Positions 20,917 through 30,546 of a stretch of 64,000 nt of DNA are shown piece after piece. The DNA comes from Methanomethylovorans hollandica DSM 15978 (lineage in GTDB: Archaea; Halobacteriota; Methanosarcinia; Methanosarcinales; Methanosarcinaceae). Every line of letters begins with the position of its first letter. Within the stretch, counting starts at the first letter, position 1. The stretch is taken from positions 2,286,011 to 2,350,010 of the forward strand of contig NC_019977.1 of assembly GCF_000328665.1 (NCBI RefSeq), read 5' to 3'. The translations under genes were made by a program, and so were the position numbers. Below the pieces are notes generated by a model. The model saw only the letters and a list, made by a program, of their open reading frames with translations. It made no database searches and was not told the DNA's origin.

Positions 20917-21653
20917 TTATTCTGTTCCCCTGCTTAATATTATATATGGAGTAGCGTTCTTTCTTATGGAACCGTATTTTTTTTAAAGAATGTCAGCATG
21001 GAGGAAAGGTGTTAAGGATCATCACGCTGACATTCATCAAGTTATGAGGGATTTATCCCTTTGCATAAGATCCCACTCCCCCTACAGGGTTGCATATGTT
21101 CATTGGATCATATTGTATATAGGAGCATCCGGATATTATGTTCATAGTACATGTGACTCTCATCCGCTATAGGAATAATATCATATGTTATGGATTTTGC
21201 ATTTGCATGTGAATAGTCTTATACCTCATGACTTTTCCATATGTATGAACAGAATTCTCTGCGTATGAGCAGACATGAAGCAGATGTAAAGGTGGCACTA
21301 AAGGACACGTTAGTCATTTCTGAATGGATCTGACCATATTTTTACTTTTAAATGTTATATTGTGTATCTCTCACAGGTCATTTGCCTTTGTTTACTACCC
21401 TGCAGGATCTTGTTTTTCTTTGGAGTTGTCATGAATGTGGTGTAAATGCGTTCATATTTCTGTCTCATCATTATGAGACTCACTATATTCAAGACTATAG
21501 AAATATTCATATATGTTCTTGATGAGGTATGTACTATATCAATAGCTAAGTGATGACACCAATCCGATCTCTGGGAATTTCCCGGATCGTTCACAGAAAA
21601 AACTATGATCTGGTGTTCATGACCCAAAAAACCAAAAAAAGGAGAAATCTAAT

Positions 21654-21779
21654 ATGGAATTCGTAACTGTAACCTGTCAGAACTGTGGTAGTAAGATGTA
21701 TGTCCTGAGCAAGTGCGTCCGCAATGTGATGTATTGTACTATCCACTGTCTTGAATCAGGTGCCTCATCAAAGATATGA
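21654..21779 (+). CDS. Zinc-finger microprotein (41 aa)
   Basis: AAGGAG RBS; MEFVTVTCQNCGSKMYVLSKCVRNVMYCTIHCLESGASSKI. A 9-bp stem (21777-85/21791-99) follows. Confidence 0.7.
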   Translation: MEFVTVTCQNCGSKMYVLSKCVRNVMYCTIHCLESGASSKI

Positions 21780-21909
21780 GTGCTCGTGCTGAGCACTCAC
21801 GCCTTAGCTTCTTAGCAGCTTTGCGTTGATCAAGAAGTATATAAATAGACTAAAAAAGAGGTTTATCAACTTTTTCATAAAAAGTGTAACATTAAAGAAA
21901 CCTCTATGT

Positions 21910-22137
21910 TCAGTTTTTGTTCTTGAGCTTTTCAAGCAAAGAGGAAACTCTTTCTTTGGCCTGTTCTGTTTCCTGCATGTCCTTTGTAATATATATGTTC
22001 AAAATATCTCCCTCCTTACTTCCTTCCGGCAATAAAGAAAGAAGAATACTCACCTCAGTAGTTTCTTCTGGCCTGATAAGCAATACAGCGATCTGGTCTT
22101 CTATCCTGTCCAGCGTGGCTTTGATTATCATCTTCAT
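21910..22137 (-). CDS. DUF3006-family small protein
   Basis: ATLDRIEDQIAVLL...LLPEGSKEGDIL. Start overlaps the stop of the ComEC-like gene (ATGA). Confidence 0.85.
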   Translation of the reverse strand: MKMIIKATLDRIEDQIAVLLIRPEETTEVSILLSLLPEGSKEGDILNIYITKDMQETEQAKERVSSLLEKLKNKN

Positions 22138-23486
22138 CCCCTCAGTGAGTCTGCAAGGCTTCCTTCATTATAATAGAGGGAAGCAGTATCAACATCATTG
22201 TTCCATAAAGGATCTCCACTTATTCCATTTGATTCCAGTTCGAACGAGGAGGAAGTAGATGTGTGCTTGTCATCCTCGTCTTTGATCTGCCAACCCATGA
22301 GATCCACAGAAGAAAAAACCGGATCCCTTATCTTTACAAACTCTTCTTTAAGGCTCAGACTAATGATTTTTATTCCCTCATCTATGGTGCTTGTTTCAAC
22401 AGGCGAGACCACTGCACCTTTTGAGGCAGATCTAGTTGTTGTATCTGTAGTGGTTACTGTACTTGTGATGCTGTTTTTGCCACCAGCTATCTTTTCTGTG
22501 GTCACAGTGTATGTAGAACCGTCTGTTGTAATGCTTATTGTACCATGATGATCTGTTCTGTAAACTGTGGATACGCTCTGAAGCCGCTGCAATATCTCAG
22601 TGTGTGGGTGTCCATAATCATTATCTGCGCCTACTTCTATGATGCTTATCTCTGGACTAACAGATGAAATGAATTCATGTCCTGAACCGGAAGTACTCGC
22701 ATGATGACCTACTTTGAGGATATCTGCGTCCACATTATAGCCTGCACCCACAATGTTTTCCTCAGCTTCGAGGCCGGCATCTCCCATAAGCAGAAAAGAT
22801 ACATCTCCATGTGTGATCTTAATAACCACCGAGTTCTCGTTGAGCTCTTCAGATTGTTCTTTTTTAGGATTAAGTACCAGGATCTCCGTTCCAGGAGCAA
22901 GATCGATGGTTTCCCCTCTTTCTGCCACATGGAAAGGAATGTTCTTTGTATCAATTGCCATCAACATGTTTTCATATGTCTTTGAAGTGTGTGGGTATCC
23001 CGAGTCTATGAACTGACCTACAGGATAATTATTAAGTATTGTGAGCATTCCTCCGATATGATCTGCGTGTGGATGGGTTGCAACCACATAGTCCAAGGAG
23101 GAAATCTTTCGTTCCTTGAGGAATGCTGAGACTGTGTAACCCATTTGATTTTCACCGGCATCTACCAGCATGGTCTTTCCAGCATATTCGATGAAAATAG
23201 AGTCTCCCTGGCCAACATCTATAAAGTGAACAGTCAGGTTCTCTCTTTGAGAAGATGCAGATGGTGTTTGTTCAGGTATGGAATATTGTATTTCAGATGT
23301 TGCTTCGTTTACAGGATCATTCTCGATTGTTTCTTTCACAGGCTCATAAGTTTGTTGTGCATTATTGTCTGCAATCTCTTGCTGTTGAGCAGCAGGCTTG
23401 TTTTGTTGATAAGCCATTTGTCCCAAGATCCCAAGAAACACAAACACAGCAATAATTATCAGTATCCATTTTAATATTTTGTTCAT
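22134..23486 (-). CDS. Membrane-anchored ComEC/Rec2-like metallo-beta-lactamase nuclease with lamin-tail-like C-terminus
   Basis: N-terminal TM helix; FIDVGQGDS, THPHADHIGG, LKVGHH, NDYGHPH and YRTD. Start moved to MNKILKW. Confidence 0.88.
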   Translation of the reverse strand: MNKILKWILIIIAVFVFLGILGQMAYQQNKPAAQQQEIADNNAQQTYEPVKETIENDPVNEATSEIQYSIPEQTPSASSQRENLTVHFIDVGQGDSIFIEYAGKTMLVDAGENQMGYTVSAFLKERKISSLDYVVATHPHADHIGGMLTILNNYPVGQFIDSGYPHTSKTYENMLMAIDTKNIPFHVAERGETIDLAPGTEILVLNPKKEQSEELNENSVVIKITHGDVSFLLMGDAGLEAEENIVGAGYNVDADILKVGHHASTSGSGHEFISSVSPEISIIEVGADNDYGHPHTEILQRLQSVSTVYRTDHHGTISITTDGSTYTVTTEKIAGGKNSITSTVTTTDTTTRSASKGAVVSPVETSTIDEGIKIISLSLKEEFVKIRDPVFSSVDLMGWQIKDEDDKHTSTSSSFELESNGISGDPLWNNDVDTASLYYNEGSLADSLRG

Positions 23487-23961
23487 ATTTTTCCATCCAA
23501 TAGAGAGAATAAAAGTGAATGTGCATCTGACATATACTTGTCGAACAGTTTCTTGTTTATTTAAAAGGTGTATTTCTAGTGGAGTTTTTAGGTCCGGAAA
23601 AAATGGTTGAGATGAAGATGCATGCCAGCTATGGCACACACACCTTGATCGTGTACCTAAGTAAAAAATAGTTCTGCACCATTACACTCGCAGCAGCAGG
23701 CTATATTTTTGATAGTTAAGTGTTAATAAGAATATAGCATTTTCTAACAAAGCATGGTGCTATTTGTTGGCGCAAATAGCTTTATCATGATCACTCATTC
23801 TCAAGATATCGACGATCAGGACAGTTTGCTCCGATCATGGACATGCTCTTTAACTCTTTTTCTGAGAACTTACACCTCATATTTCTGATATCATTCCATT
23901 TGTCATGTTAATTCTCTTGTTCCGGATAACATCAATATATAATGAAGTATGATCATTTTCT

Positions 23962-24726
23962 ATGCAGCTTATAACCCTTACCACTGATTTTGGCTCTGTC
24001 TATCCCGCTGCCATGAAGGGGGTCATTCTGGGCATCAATCCTCAGGCTACTATAGTCGATATATCCCATACTATCCCACATGCTGATATAAGGGCCGGAG
24101 CCTTTGCCCTTTACTCTGTAGTACCTTATTTTCCAGCGGACACTGTGCATGTGGCCGTAGTGGATCCGGGAGTGGGCACTGCAAGAAATCCAATAGTGAT
24201 TTCTGCAGGAGGTCATTTTTTTGTTGGTCCTGATAACGGTCTCATGGTTCCCGCAGCTTCAAGTCTGGGCTATATGCAGATCTTCAAAATAACTAACTTC
24301 GGTCTGTTGGGTGATGTATCTGCCACTTTTCATGGAAGAGACGTGTTTGCCCGCATTGGTGCCTACCTCTCGGACGGTATGCCTCTGGAAAAAATTGGTG
24401 AAACTACAATAGGTCATATACATCTGGATTTTGGAACAGTTGAAGTTGAAGCTGACTTCATTTCAGGCGAAGTCATCTATGTAGATGATTTTGGTAACAT
24501 AATTACCAATATAAAGGCTTCAGACATGCTCAAAAAGTTCAACTTTAAAGAACAGGTAAGAGTATTCCGTAATACAATGCCTTTTCTTGCAACCTATGGA
24601 TTGGCAAGACAAGGAGAATTGTTGGCCCTTATTGGTAGCCATGGTTTCCTCGAAATAGCTGTTAATCGAGGTAGTGCTGCAAAAATGCTGAAGGTAGAAT
24701 GCATGGATAAGGTCAGGATTGAATAA
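23962..24726 (+). CDS. SAM hydroxide adenosyltransferase (DUF62, chlorinase/fluorinase family)
   Basis: Motifs ITLTTDFG, VVDPGVGT, GPDNG, SATFHGRDVF and DDFGN. Confidence 0.92.
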   Translation: MQLITLTTDFGSVYPAAMKGVILGINPQATIVDISHTIPHADIRAGAFALYSVVPYFPADTVHVAVVDPGVGTARNPIVISAGGHFFVGPDNGLMVPAASSLGYMQIFKITNFGLLGDVSATFHGRDVFARIGAYLSDGMPLEKIGETTIGHIHLDFGTVEVEADFISGEVIYVDDFGNIITNIKASDMLKKFNFKEQVRVFRNTMPFLATYGLARQGELLALIGSHGFLEIAVNRGSAAKMLKVECMDKVRIE

Positions 24727-24745
24727 TAGTGGCCTGCGGCTTCTT

Positions 24746-25720
24746 TCACATCCACTTATAGTGTCTCATGACTTCAAGGTTCATATCATACAATAGACTG
24801 TTCTCTACATATCCAAAGAACAGGCACCCGTGGCAAGTATGAGCTATTTGCTTCCTTTTTTCCCGGCTGTTTTCCCATACTTTTTCCAGTCCTTCTTTTA
24901 CATTTCCGAGAGCTTCATTTTGTACCCTGCAATGTTCTATGGTGCCATCAGCAGTTACATTAAGTATGAGTTCCCCTGCATGGCATCTGAAATCAGTGTT
25001 CATGTCCCTTACCATCTTTAGATAGGTGTAAGAATTAATAATGGGGTAACCTTCTTTTTTCATTTCGGTTATCATGTCCACTGTCCTGCGATATTTATCA
25101 ACATCTCTTACACCAATGTTCTGCCATACGTCATCTGCTATATCTGAGAATTCGTACATTGGTTCGAAAGCTACAGTCACATCCAGTTCTGCAGCAAGTC
25201 GTATGAGCTCTTCAATATCATCGAGGTTCCTTCCACTTAGTACACAGTTCATGAGTATGGGATTTTTTATGTACCTTTTCGCTTTTATGATACCAGGCAA
25301 AATTTTGGTTTTAAAATCTACTCCTCTTATCTCTCTATAACTGTTAATACCATCAACGGATACAGAAAGGTAATCCAGATCCTTCAGTTCCTCTGCTCTT
25401 TTTTCCAACAGCAGTCCGTTGGTTATGAGAAAAGTCACTATGCCCAGTTCTTTGGCATGCAGGAGGATATGTGGAAGATCATCTCTCAGTAAAGGTTCCA
25501 CAGTCCATGCATTATATATCATTATACCAAAATCCTTTGCCTCGTCCAGCAGTCTCATTATTTCCTTTAATGTCATTTCAGCATCATTCTGTTTCCAGTA
25601 TTCGCAGAAATCACATTTCATATTGCAACGGGAGTTGATGGCATGGGAGAGCACAAGAGGACGTTTTCTGATCCTTGTTTGCCAGAATGCTCTTGTTGCT
25701 GTGAGGGATAATACGGACAT
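24746..25720 (-). CDS. Radical SAM protein with SPASM/twitch-like tail
   Basis: CNMKCDFC, plus C-terminal cysteines (CHAG, HC, CHGC). Confidence 0.88.
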   Translation of the reverse strand: MSVLSLTATRAFWQTRIRKRPLVLSHAINSRCNMKCDFCEYWKQNDAEMTLKEIMRLLDEAKDFGIMIYNAWTVEPLLRDDLPHILLHAKELGIVTFLITNGLLLEKRAEELKDLDYLSVSVDGINSYREIRGVDFKTKILPGIIKAKRYIKNPILMNCVLSGRNLDDIEELIRLAAELDVTVAFEPMYEFSDIADDVWQNIGVRDVDKYRRTVDMITEMKKEGYPIINSYTYLKMVRDMNTDFRCHAGELILNVTADGTIEHCRVQNEALGNVKEGLEKVWENSREKRKQIAHTCHGCLFFGYVENSLLYDMNLEVMRHYKWM

Positions 25721-25860
25721 GATTCACTATCTACATTAGTTGATGATTTAAATATTCTGTTCCAAAATACAGCAAAAGCTATACAGAATTATATTGTTAA
25801 AAAAGATATGCCCGTAGAACACGGGCATTTACAGATATTTACAAATTGGCAGGAGTACTT

Positions 25861-26169
25861 TTACCCGAAGAGTGCACCGAGACCGGCCATTCCGCTCTCT
25901 TCTGCCTCTTCCTTGGTATCTTCTTCCTTCTGTGCCTCTGCTGCTGGAGCTTCGGCTGCTGCTGCCGGGGCTGCTGCTGCTGGAGCTGCTGCCACTGCTG
26001 CAGTTGCCATTGCTTCCTCTATGTCCACGTCTTCAAGGGCTGCAATGAGTGCCTTTACACGTGATTCATTGACTTCGGTACTAGCTGCCTGAAGAACGGC
26101 AGTTATTGTATCTTCTGTAATCTCTTTACCAGCTTTGTGCAGTAAAAGTGCTGCGTATATGTATTCCAT
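25861..26169 (-). CDS. rpl12: Ribosomal stalk protein L12 (P1/P2)
   Basis: [11 protein letters not shown], an Ala-rich hinge and the C-terminus GLGALFG. Confidence 0.97.
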   Translation of the reverse strand: MEYIYAALLLHKAGKEITEDTITAVLQAASTEVNESRVKALIAALEDVDIEEAMATAAVAAAPAAAAPAAAAEAPAAEAQKEEDTKEEAEESGMAGLGALFG

Positions 26170-26207
26170 GTGAAATCACCTTTTATCAATGTAAGTTTTA
26201 GTCTGTC

Positions 26208-27236
26208 TTATCCGAAGAGTGCTCCAAGGCCGGCCATTCCGTCCTCTTCAGAACTCTCTTCTTCCTTCTCTTCTTTCGCTTCGACGGTTTCTGCCTTGGC
26301 CTCAGTTGTTGCGCTCACTGCTGCAGCAGCTGCGGCTCCAAGAGTCTGCTTAAGCTCATCATCTACTGCTTCCTCATTTTTAGCTGAGGCTGCAGCAGCC
26401 ACAGCAATCATCTGTGACTGAGCCTTGCCCATCAATGCTCCCATCAGTTCCGGCTCGAACACAACAGCATAAATACCGAGGTTCCTGGATTCTGTTGAAG
26501 CTTTTGCGATAAGCGTGGTTATGTTGTCTGCATTTGGATATGCTGCATATACTGACAGATTGAATGCCTGCTTTGCAGCCAGAGCTATGTCGTTGAAGTA
26601 CTGCGTTTCATCCACAGCCAAGACATCTGGGCGGAATATGGATCCCTCTTCCAGAACTGCTCTTAAATCCAGTCCAACAACCATTGGATAGATCTCAAGC
26701 CTGTTAAGCATGGATGCAAGCAGCTGGGGAGCCTTCTCTCCCTCTTTCAATACGGTCTTGGTCTCCTTTACGACGACCTTGCCCCCATCAATAGCCGCTG
26801 GAATTCCAGCTCTCTGCAGATCTCCAAGAATGGGCCCGGGTGGAAAACTTGTTGGCCTTGCTTCCACTACAATATCTTTAGGAGCTACGGCACCTGCCTT
26901 GATTGGTGAAGGTGTTTTGCTTTTTTCGAGGAGTTTGAATAGTTTAAAAGGATTCTGATCAGAAAATATTAATGCCGTCTGGACATCAATAAATTCGGAC
27001 ATATCCTTTACATCCTGATCCATTTCCTCTAATGCCCTTTTTATAAGAGTGTTCCTGGCCACTTTGATATATGCAGTTCCATTAAGGTCTCTCCTCATTT
27101 TCTGGAGCTGCTTTGCAGGAATGCCTTCAATGCCTACTATACCAAAGAGGTGGTAGGTTTTTATGAGCTCTTTTATCTCCTCGACTTCCTTAGCCTTCCA
27201 TTTTGGTATATGTGACGAATGGTGATCAATTTCCAT
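26208..27236 (-). CDS. rpl10: Ribosomal protein L10 (P0)
   Basis: IPKWK, TSFPPGP and C-terminal GLGALFG. Confidence 0.97.
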   Translation of the reverse strand: MEIDHHSSHIPKWKAKEVEEIKELIKTYHLFGIVGIEGIPAKQLQKMRRDLNGTAYIKVARNTLIKRALEEMDQDVKDMSEFIDVQTALIFSDQNPFKLFKLLEKSKTPSPIKAGAVAPKDIVVEARPTSFPPGPILGDLQRAGIPAAIDGGKVVVKETKTVLKEGEKAPQLLASMLNRLEIYPMVVGLDLRAVLEEGSIFRPDVLAVDETQYFNDIALAAKQAFNLSVYAAYPNADNITTLIAKASTESRNLGIYAVVFEPELMGALMGKAQSQMIAVAAAASAKNEEAVDDELKQTLGAAAAAAVSATTEAKAETVEAKEEKEEESSEEDGMAGLGALFG

Positions 27237-27237
27237 A

Positions 27238-27879
27238 TTACATCACCTTCACGGACTTACCCATTGTGGTCGTTAAATAGATCGACTTGATGTTCTGGCT
27301 GCCTTTCTCAAGGGAATGTTCAAGTCTGGTGATCACCGTTTCTATATTATCAGCCAGCTTTTCGACCGGCATATCTTTGCGCCCGACTGCAACATGGAAG
27401 GTCAGTTTATCTTTTGACCTTATACGCACGGAACTCCTGGAGGAGTTGATCACATCAGCTACATTCTTTCCAGGCTGGAGCGGTATTGGCATCTTTCCTC
27501 TGGGACCCAGGACAACACCGAGGCTCTTACCAATGAGTGGCATGTACTGTACTTCGGCTATGAAGAAGTCACATTCATTGGCAATTGCCCTTGAGCGTGC
27601 TTTATCCTCTTTCAGGTCGTTGATGTCTTCCTCAGTGAATACATAGGTAGCACCCGCCTCTTTTGCCTGAAGACCAACCTCACCTTTTGCAAAAACAGCG
27701 ATCTTCAAGTCCTTACCAAGGCCATGCGGAAGTATTATTTCTTCATCAACACGGTTCTTGGGCTGACTCATGTCGAGGTGTTTCAGGTTGATAGCCACAT
27801 CAACGCTTTCCATGAACTTGCGCTGCGGCGATTCCTCTAACAATTTATTGACAGCTTCTACTGTTATTTTATTTACCAT
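27238..27879 (-). CDS. rpl1: Ribosomal protein L1
   Basis: RKFMESVD, LGPRGKMP and TTMGKS. Confidence 0.97.
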   Translation of the reverse strand: MVNKITVEAVNKLLEESPQRKFMESVDVAINLKHLDMSQPKNRVDEEIILPHGLGKDLKIAVFAKGEVGLQAKEAGATYVFTEEDINDLKEDKARSRAIANECDFFIAEVQYMPLIGKSLGVVLGPRGKMPIPLQPGKNVADVINSSRSSVRIRSKDKLTFHVAVGRKDMPVEKLADNIETVITRLEHSLEKGSQNIKSIYLTTTMGKSVKVM

Positions 27880-27880
27880 T

Positions 27881-27935
27881 CTATTCCTCCCGTAGTGCTG
27901 AACTGCCGTCCATCGGCCACTTCGGCCTACTACGG
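27881..27935 (-). promoter_or_regulatory. Structured rpl1 leader (probable L1 autoregulatory site)
   Basis: CCGTAGT/ACTACGG stem enclosing GGCC-GAAGT-GGCC. The 3' arm runs into the GGAGG RBS. Confidence 0.55.
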
Positions 27936-28030
27936 TTGATTATAGGAAGGAGTATATCCCCGTCCCATTATTTTTATCGTGCTCTCAACGTGGAGCATAG
28001 TTCTTATATCTATCGGTTATGTGTTCTGGA

Positions 28031-28513
28031 TTAAGCTTCTGTCATTAGCACATCATCGAATTTCCCCTCGTCGATGGCTTTTTGACATTCTCTTGGATCC
28101 ATCCCCTCTGCAGTAACACCCAGAGTTACGCATGCTCCTAGCACTTCCTTTACTGCGGCCTTCATGGTATATGCTAGCATTACGTCCCTCTTCATGCGCG
28201 CTATCCTCATAGCCTGGTCTATCTTCAGGTCTCCTACCTTGTTTGTCTTTGGTTCTCCGGAGCCCTTTTCTATACCCAGTTCTTTCTTGATCAGCGCAGC
28301 AGTTGGTGGTGTACCAACTTCTATCTCAAAGCTCTTGTCATCGGCAACTATCACTTTGACAGGTACTTGCATGCCGTTATAATCTTTTGTCTTCTCGTTG
28401 ATCTTATCGATGACTGCTTTTATATTGATCCCTAAAGGTCCAAGGGCCGGGCCAAGAGGCGGTCCGGGATTGGCTTTACCTCCGGAGACCAGTGCTTCTA
28501 CAACATTTGCCAT
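28031..28513 (-). CDS. rpl11: Ribosomal protein L11
   Basis: [16 protein letters not shown]. Confidence 0.97.
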   Translation of the reverse strand: MANVVEALVSGGKANPGPPLGPALGPLGINIKAVIDKINEKTKDYNGMQVPVKVIVADDKSFEIEVGTPPTAALIKKELGIEKGSGEPKTNKVGDLKIDQAMRIARMKRDVMLAYTMKAAVKEVLGACVTLGVTAEGMDPRECQKAIDEGKFDDVLMTEA

Positions 28514-28557
28514 GTGAGTATCACCAGTTATATTTGTTATCTTATAAATATAAATAT

Positions 28558-29019
28558 TCAGGACTCTTCCTCTTTCCTGAGGACCCTTACAGTGTCACCA
28601 CGTATAGTTATAGGTATCGGTACCACAGCATCGAACAGTTCAACTGTGATCTCTTCATGCCCCTCATCCACCCGCTTAACACGTGCTCTTTCTCCTTTAA
28701 AGGGTCCGGATGTGATCTCTATTATTGCACCTTCAGTTATACCTGTTACAGTGGGCTTAGGTGTAAGGAAGTGTGCGATCTCTTCTATGCTGGACTGGCC
28801 CTTAATAACTGCACGTGCGTGAGGAACCGTCTGGATAGCCTGTTCCACTATACCAGGTGACGTGCTCTCCACCAGTACATATCCTTTCAGTTCGTCAGGG
28901 GCCAGGATGGCACGAATGTCCAGGTGTTCTTTCCTTGCCACCATTGCCATCATATTCGCTACAGAACGTTCCTGGTTAGCAGTTGTTTTCACCACGAATA
29001 CAGTAGAAGGTTCAGTCAT
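28558..29019 (-). CDS. spt5: Transcription elongation factor Spt5
   Basis: NGN domain (KTTANQE, KGYVLVE) plus KOW domain (GPFKGE). Confidence 0.96.
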   Translation of the reverse strand: MTEPSTVFVVKTTANQERSVANMMAMVARKEHLDIRAILAPDELKGYVLVESTSPGIVEQAIQTVPHARAVIKGQSSIEEIAHFLTPKPTVTGITEGAIIEITSGPFKGERARVKRVDEGHEEITVELFDAVVPIPITIRGDTVRVLRKEEES

Positions 29020-29023
29020 TCAT

Positions 29024-29251
29024 TCACACCCACTTTGGTATTTCCACCATCACTATATAGATCAAGAATCCCATAATGCCAATGGCAAGGATTCCAAGAC
29101 CAGCTACCTTAGCAATTGTGAGGAACTCTTCTCTAGAAGGTTTCTTTGTTAGTTTCAGAACCCTTATGTGCGCTCTTATAATAGATCCTATAGAGTCCAC
29201 TGTGGTATTTAACTTGCTTGAATCTATATTATTCCCTGCCAATATCTTCAC
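29024..29251 (-). CDS. secE: Protein translocase SecE/Sec61-gamma
   Basis: RVLKLTKKPSREEF followed by a TM helix; conserved position in the cluster. Confidence 0.93.
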   Translation of the reverse strand: MKILAGNNIDSSKLNTTVDSIGSIIRAHIRVLKLTKKPSREEFLTIAKVAGLGILAIGIMGFLIYIVMVEIPKWV

Positions 29252-29414
29252 AACCGATTAAACCTTATGTTCTCTAAATTTTTTATGTATGACCGAATGA
29301 CGAGCAGTCCGATTTTAATAATGATATAAAATAGTACCGCCTATCTACAACTTCTTCTGTAAAATACTTTTCGATTATTTTAGCAGGCAGAAAAAGCTGC
29401 CTGCACAATCTAAT

Positions 29415-30518
29415 TTATTTTACAAAATCAATGCCATACTTGCGTGTAATATTTCGTGTGCCTCCATGGCCATATATCTGAGGTGATTTGACACCCGTAA
29501 CTACCAGCATCGTCCTTACAGTATTTTCCAGTTCCTCATCTACCTGCGCACCCCAGATAATCCTTGCATCGGGATCGATACGGCTGTATACTTCCTGAAC
29601 TACACTTTCAGCTTCAGCTATGGTCATGTCAGGACCACCCACTACATTCACAAGGGCGGAGGTAGCACCAGAAATATCCACATCTAACAATGGACTTCTT
29701 AATGCCTTTTGCACAGCCTCAACAGCTTTCATTTCACCCTCAGCTTCACCAAGGCCGATCATTGCAACACCACCGTTCTGCATGACGGTCCTGACGTCGG
29801 CAAAGTCAAGGTTAACAAGTCCTGGCTTTGTGATAAGTTCAGTAATTCCCTTCACTGCCCTCATCAGCACCTCGTCTGATACTTTAAATGCTGCCTGCAA
29901 CGGGAGCCTTGGGACGACTTCCAGAAGTTTATCGTTTGGTACAACTATCACAGTATCGGCAACTTCTCTTAGCCTCTCCAGGCCAGCTTCAGCGTTCATA
30001 CGCCTCACATGCCCTTCAACCCCAAATGGAAGTGTTACCACGGCAATGGTCAAAGCACCCGCATCCCTTGCAGCTTCAGCAACTACCGGGGCAGAACCGG
30101 TCCCAGTCCCCCCTCCAAGGCCAGCGGTGATGAACACCATGTCACTCCCTTCAACAAAAGCTCGAATCTCATCCACGCTTTCCAGAGCAGCCTCCTCGCC
30201 CACTTGGGGAAGGCTACCTGCGCCAAGACCTCTTGTCTTCTTTTTTCCTATCAATATCTTCTTATCGGCATTGACTCGCAGAAGGTGCTGAGCATCAGTA
30301 TTTATAGCTACTAATTCCGCTCCTTTGATTCCCTCGTTGGCCATCCTCTGCGCACTGTTGGATCCTCCTCCACCACAGCCAACGACCTTGATCACAGTTC
30401 TCAGGTCACGGAGCATCTCCTCTAGCTCTGCATTGATATCATTCGGTTCTGGCACACGTGTATGGAGGCGTCCTTCTTCTTCGGACCTTGCAAGTGCCTC
30501 TTCTACTATGGATCTCAT
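29415..30518 (-). CDS. ftsZ: Cell division protein FtsZ
   Basis: Motifs [17 protein letters not shown] and NLDFADV. Confidence 0.97.
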   Translation of the reverse strand: MRSIVEEALARSEEEGRLHTRVPEPNDINAELEEMLRDLRTVIKVVGCGGGGSNSAQRMANEGIKGAELVAINTDAQHLLRVNADKKILIGKKKTRGLGAGSLPQVGEEAALESVDEIRAFVEGSDMVFITAGLGGGTGTGSAPVVAEAARDAGALTIAVVTLPFGVEGHVRRMNAEAGLERLREVADTVIVVPNDKLLEVVPRLPLQAAFKVSDEVLMRAVKGITELITKPGLVNLDFADVRTVMQNGGVAMIGLGEAEGEMKAVEAVQKALRSPLLDVDISGATSALVNVVGGPDMTIAEAESVVQEVYSRIDPDARIIWGAQVDEELENTVRTMLVVTGVKSPQIYGHGGTRNITRKYGIDFVK

Positions 30519-30546
30519 TCTTCTTCTCCCTTGAGTGGAAATCGTG

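Noticed and set aside
26208..26240. Repeat shared with 25861-25895
   Set aside because: It encodes the conserved [11 protein letters not shown]-terminus of both the L10 and L12 stalk proteins.
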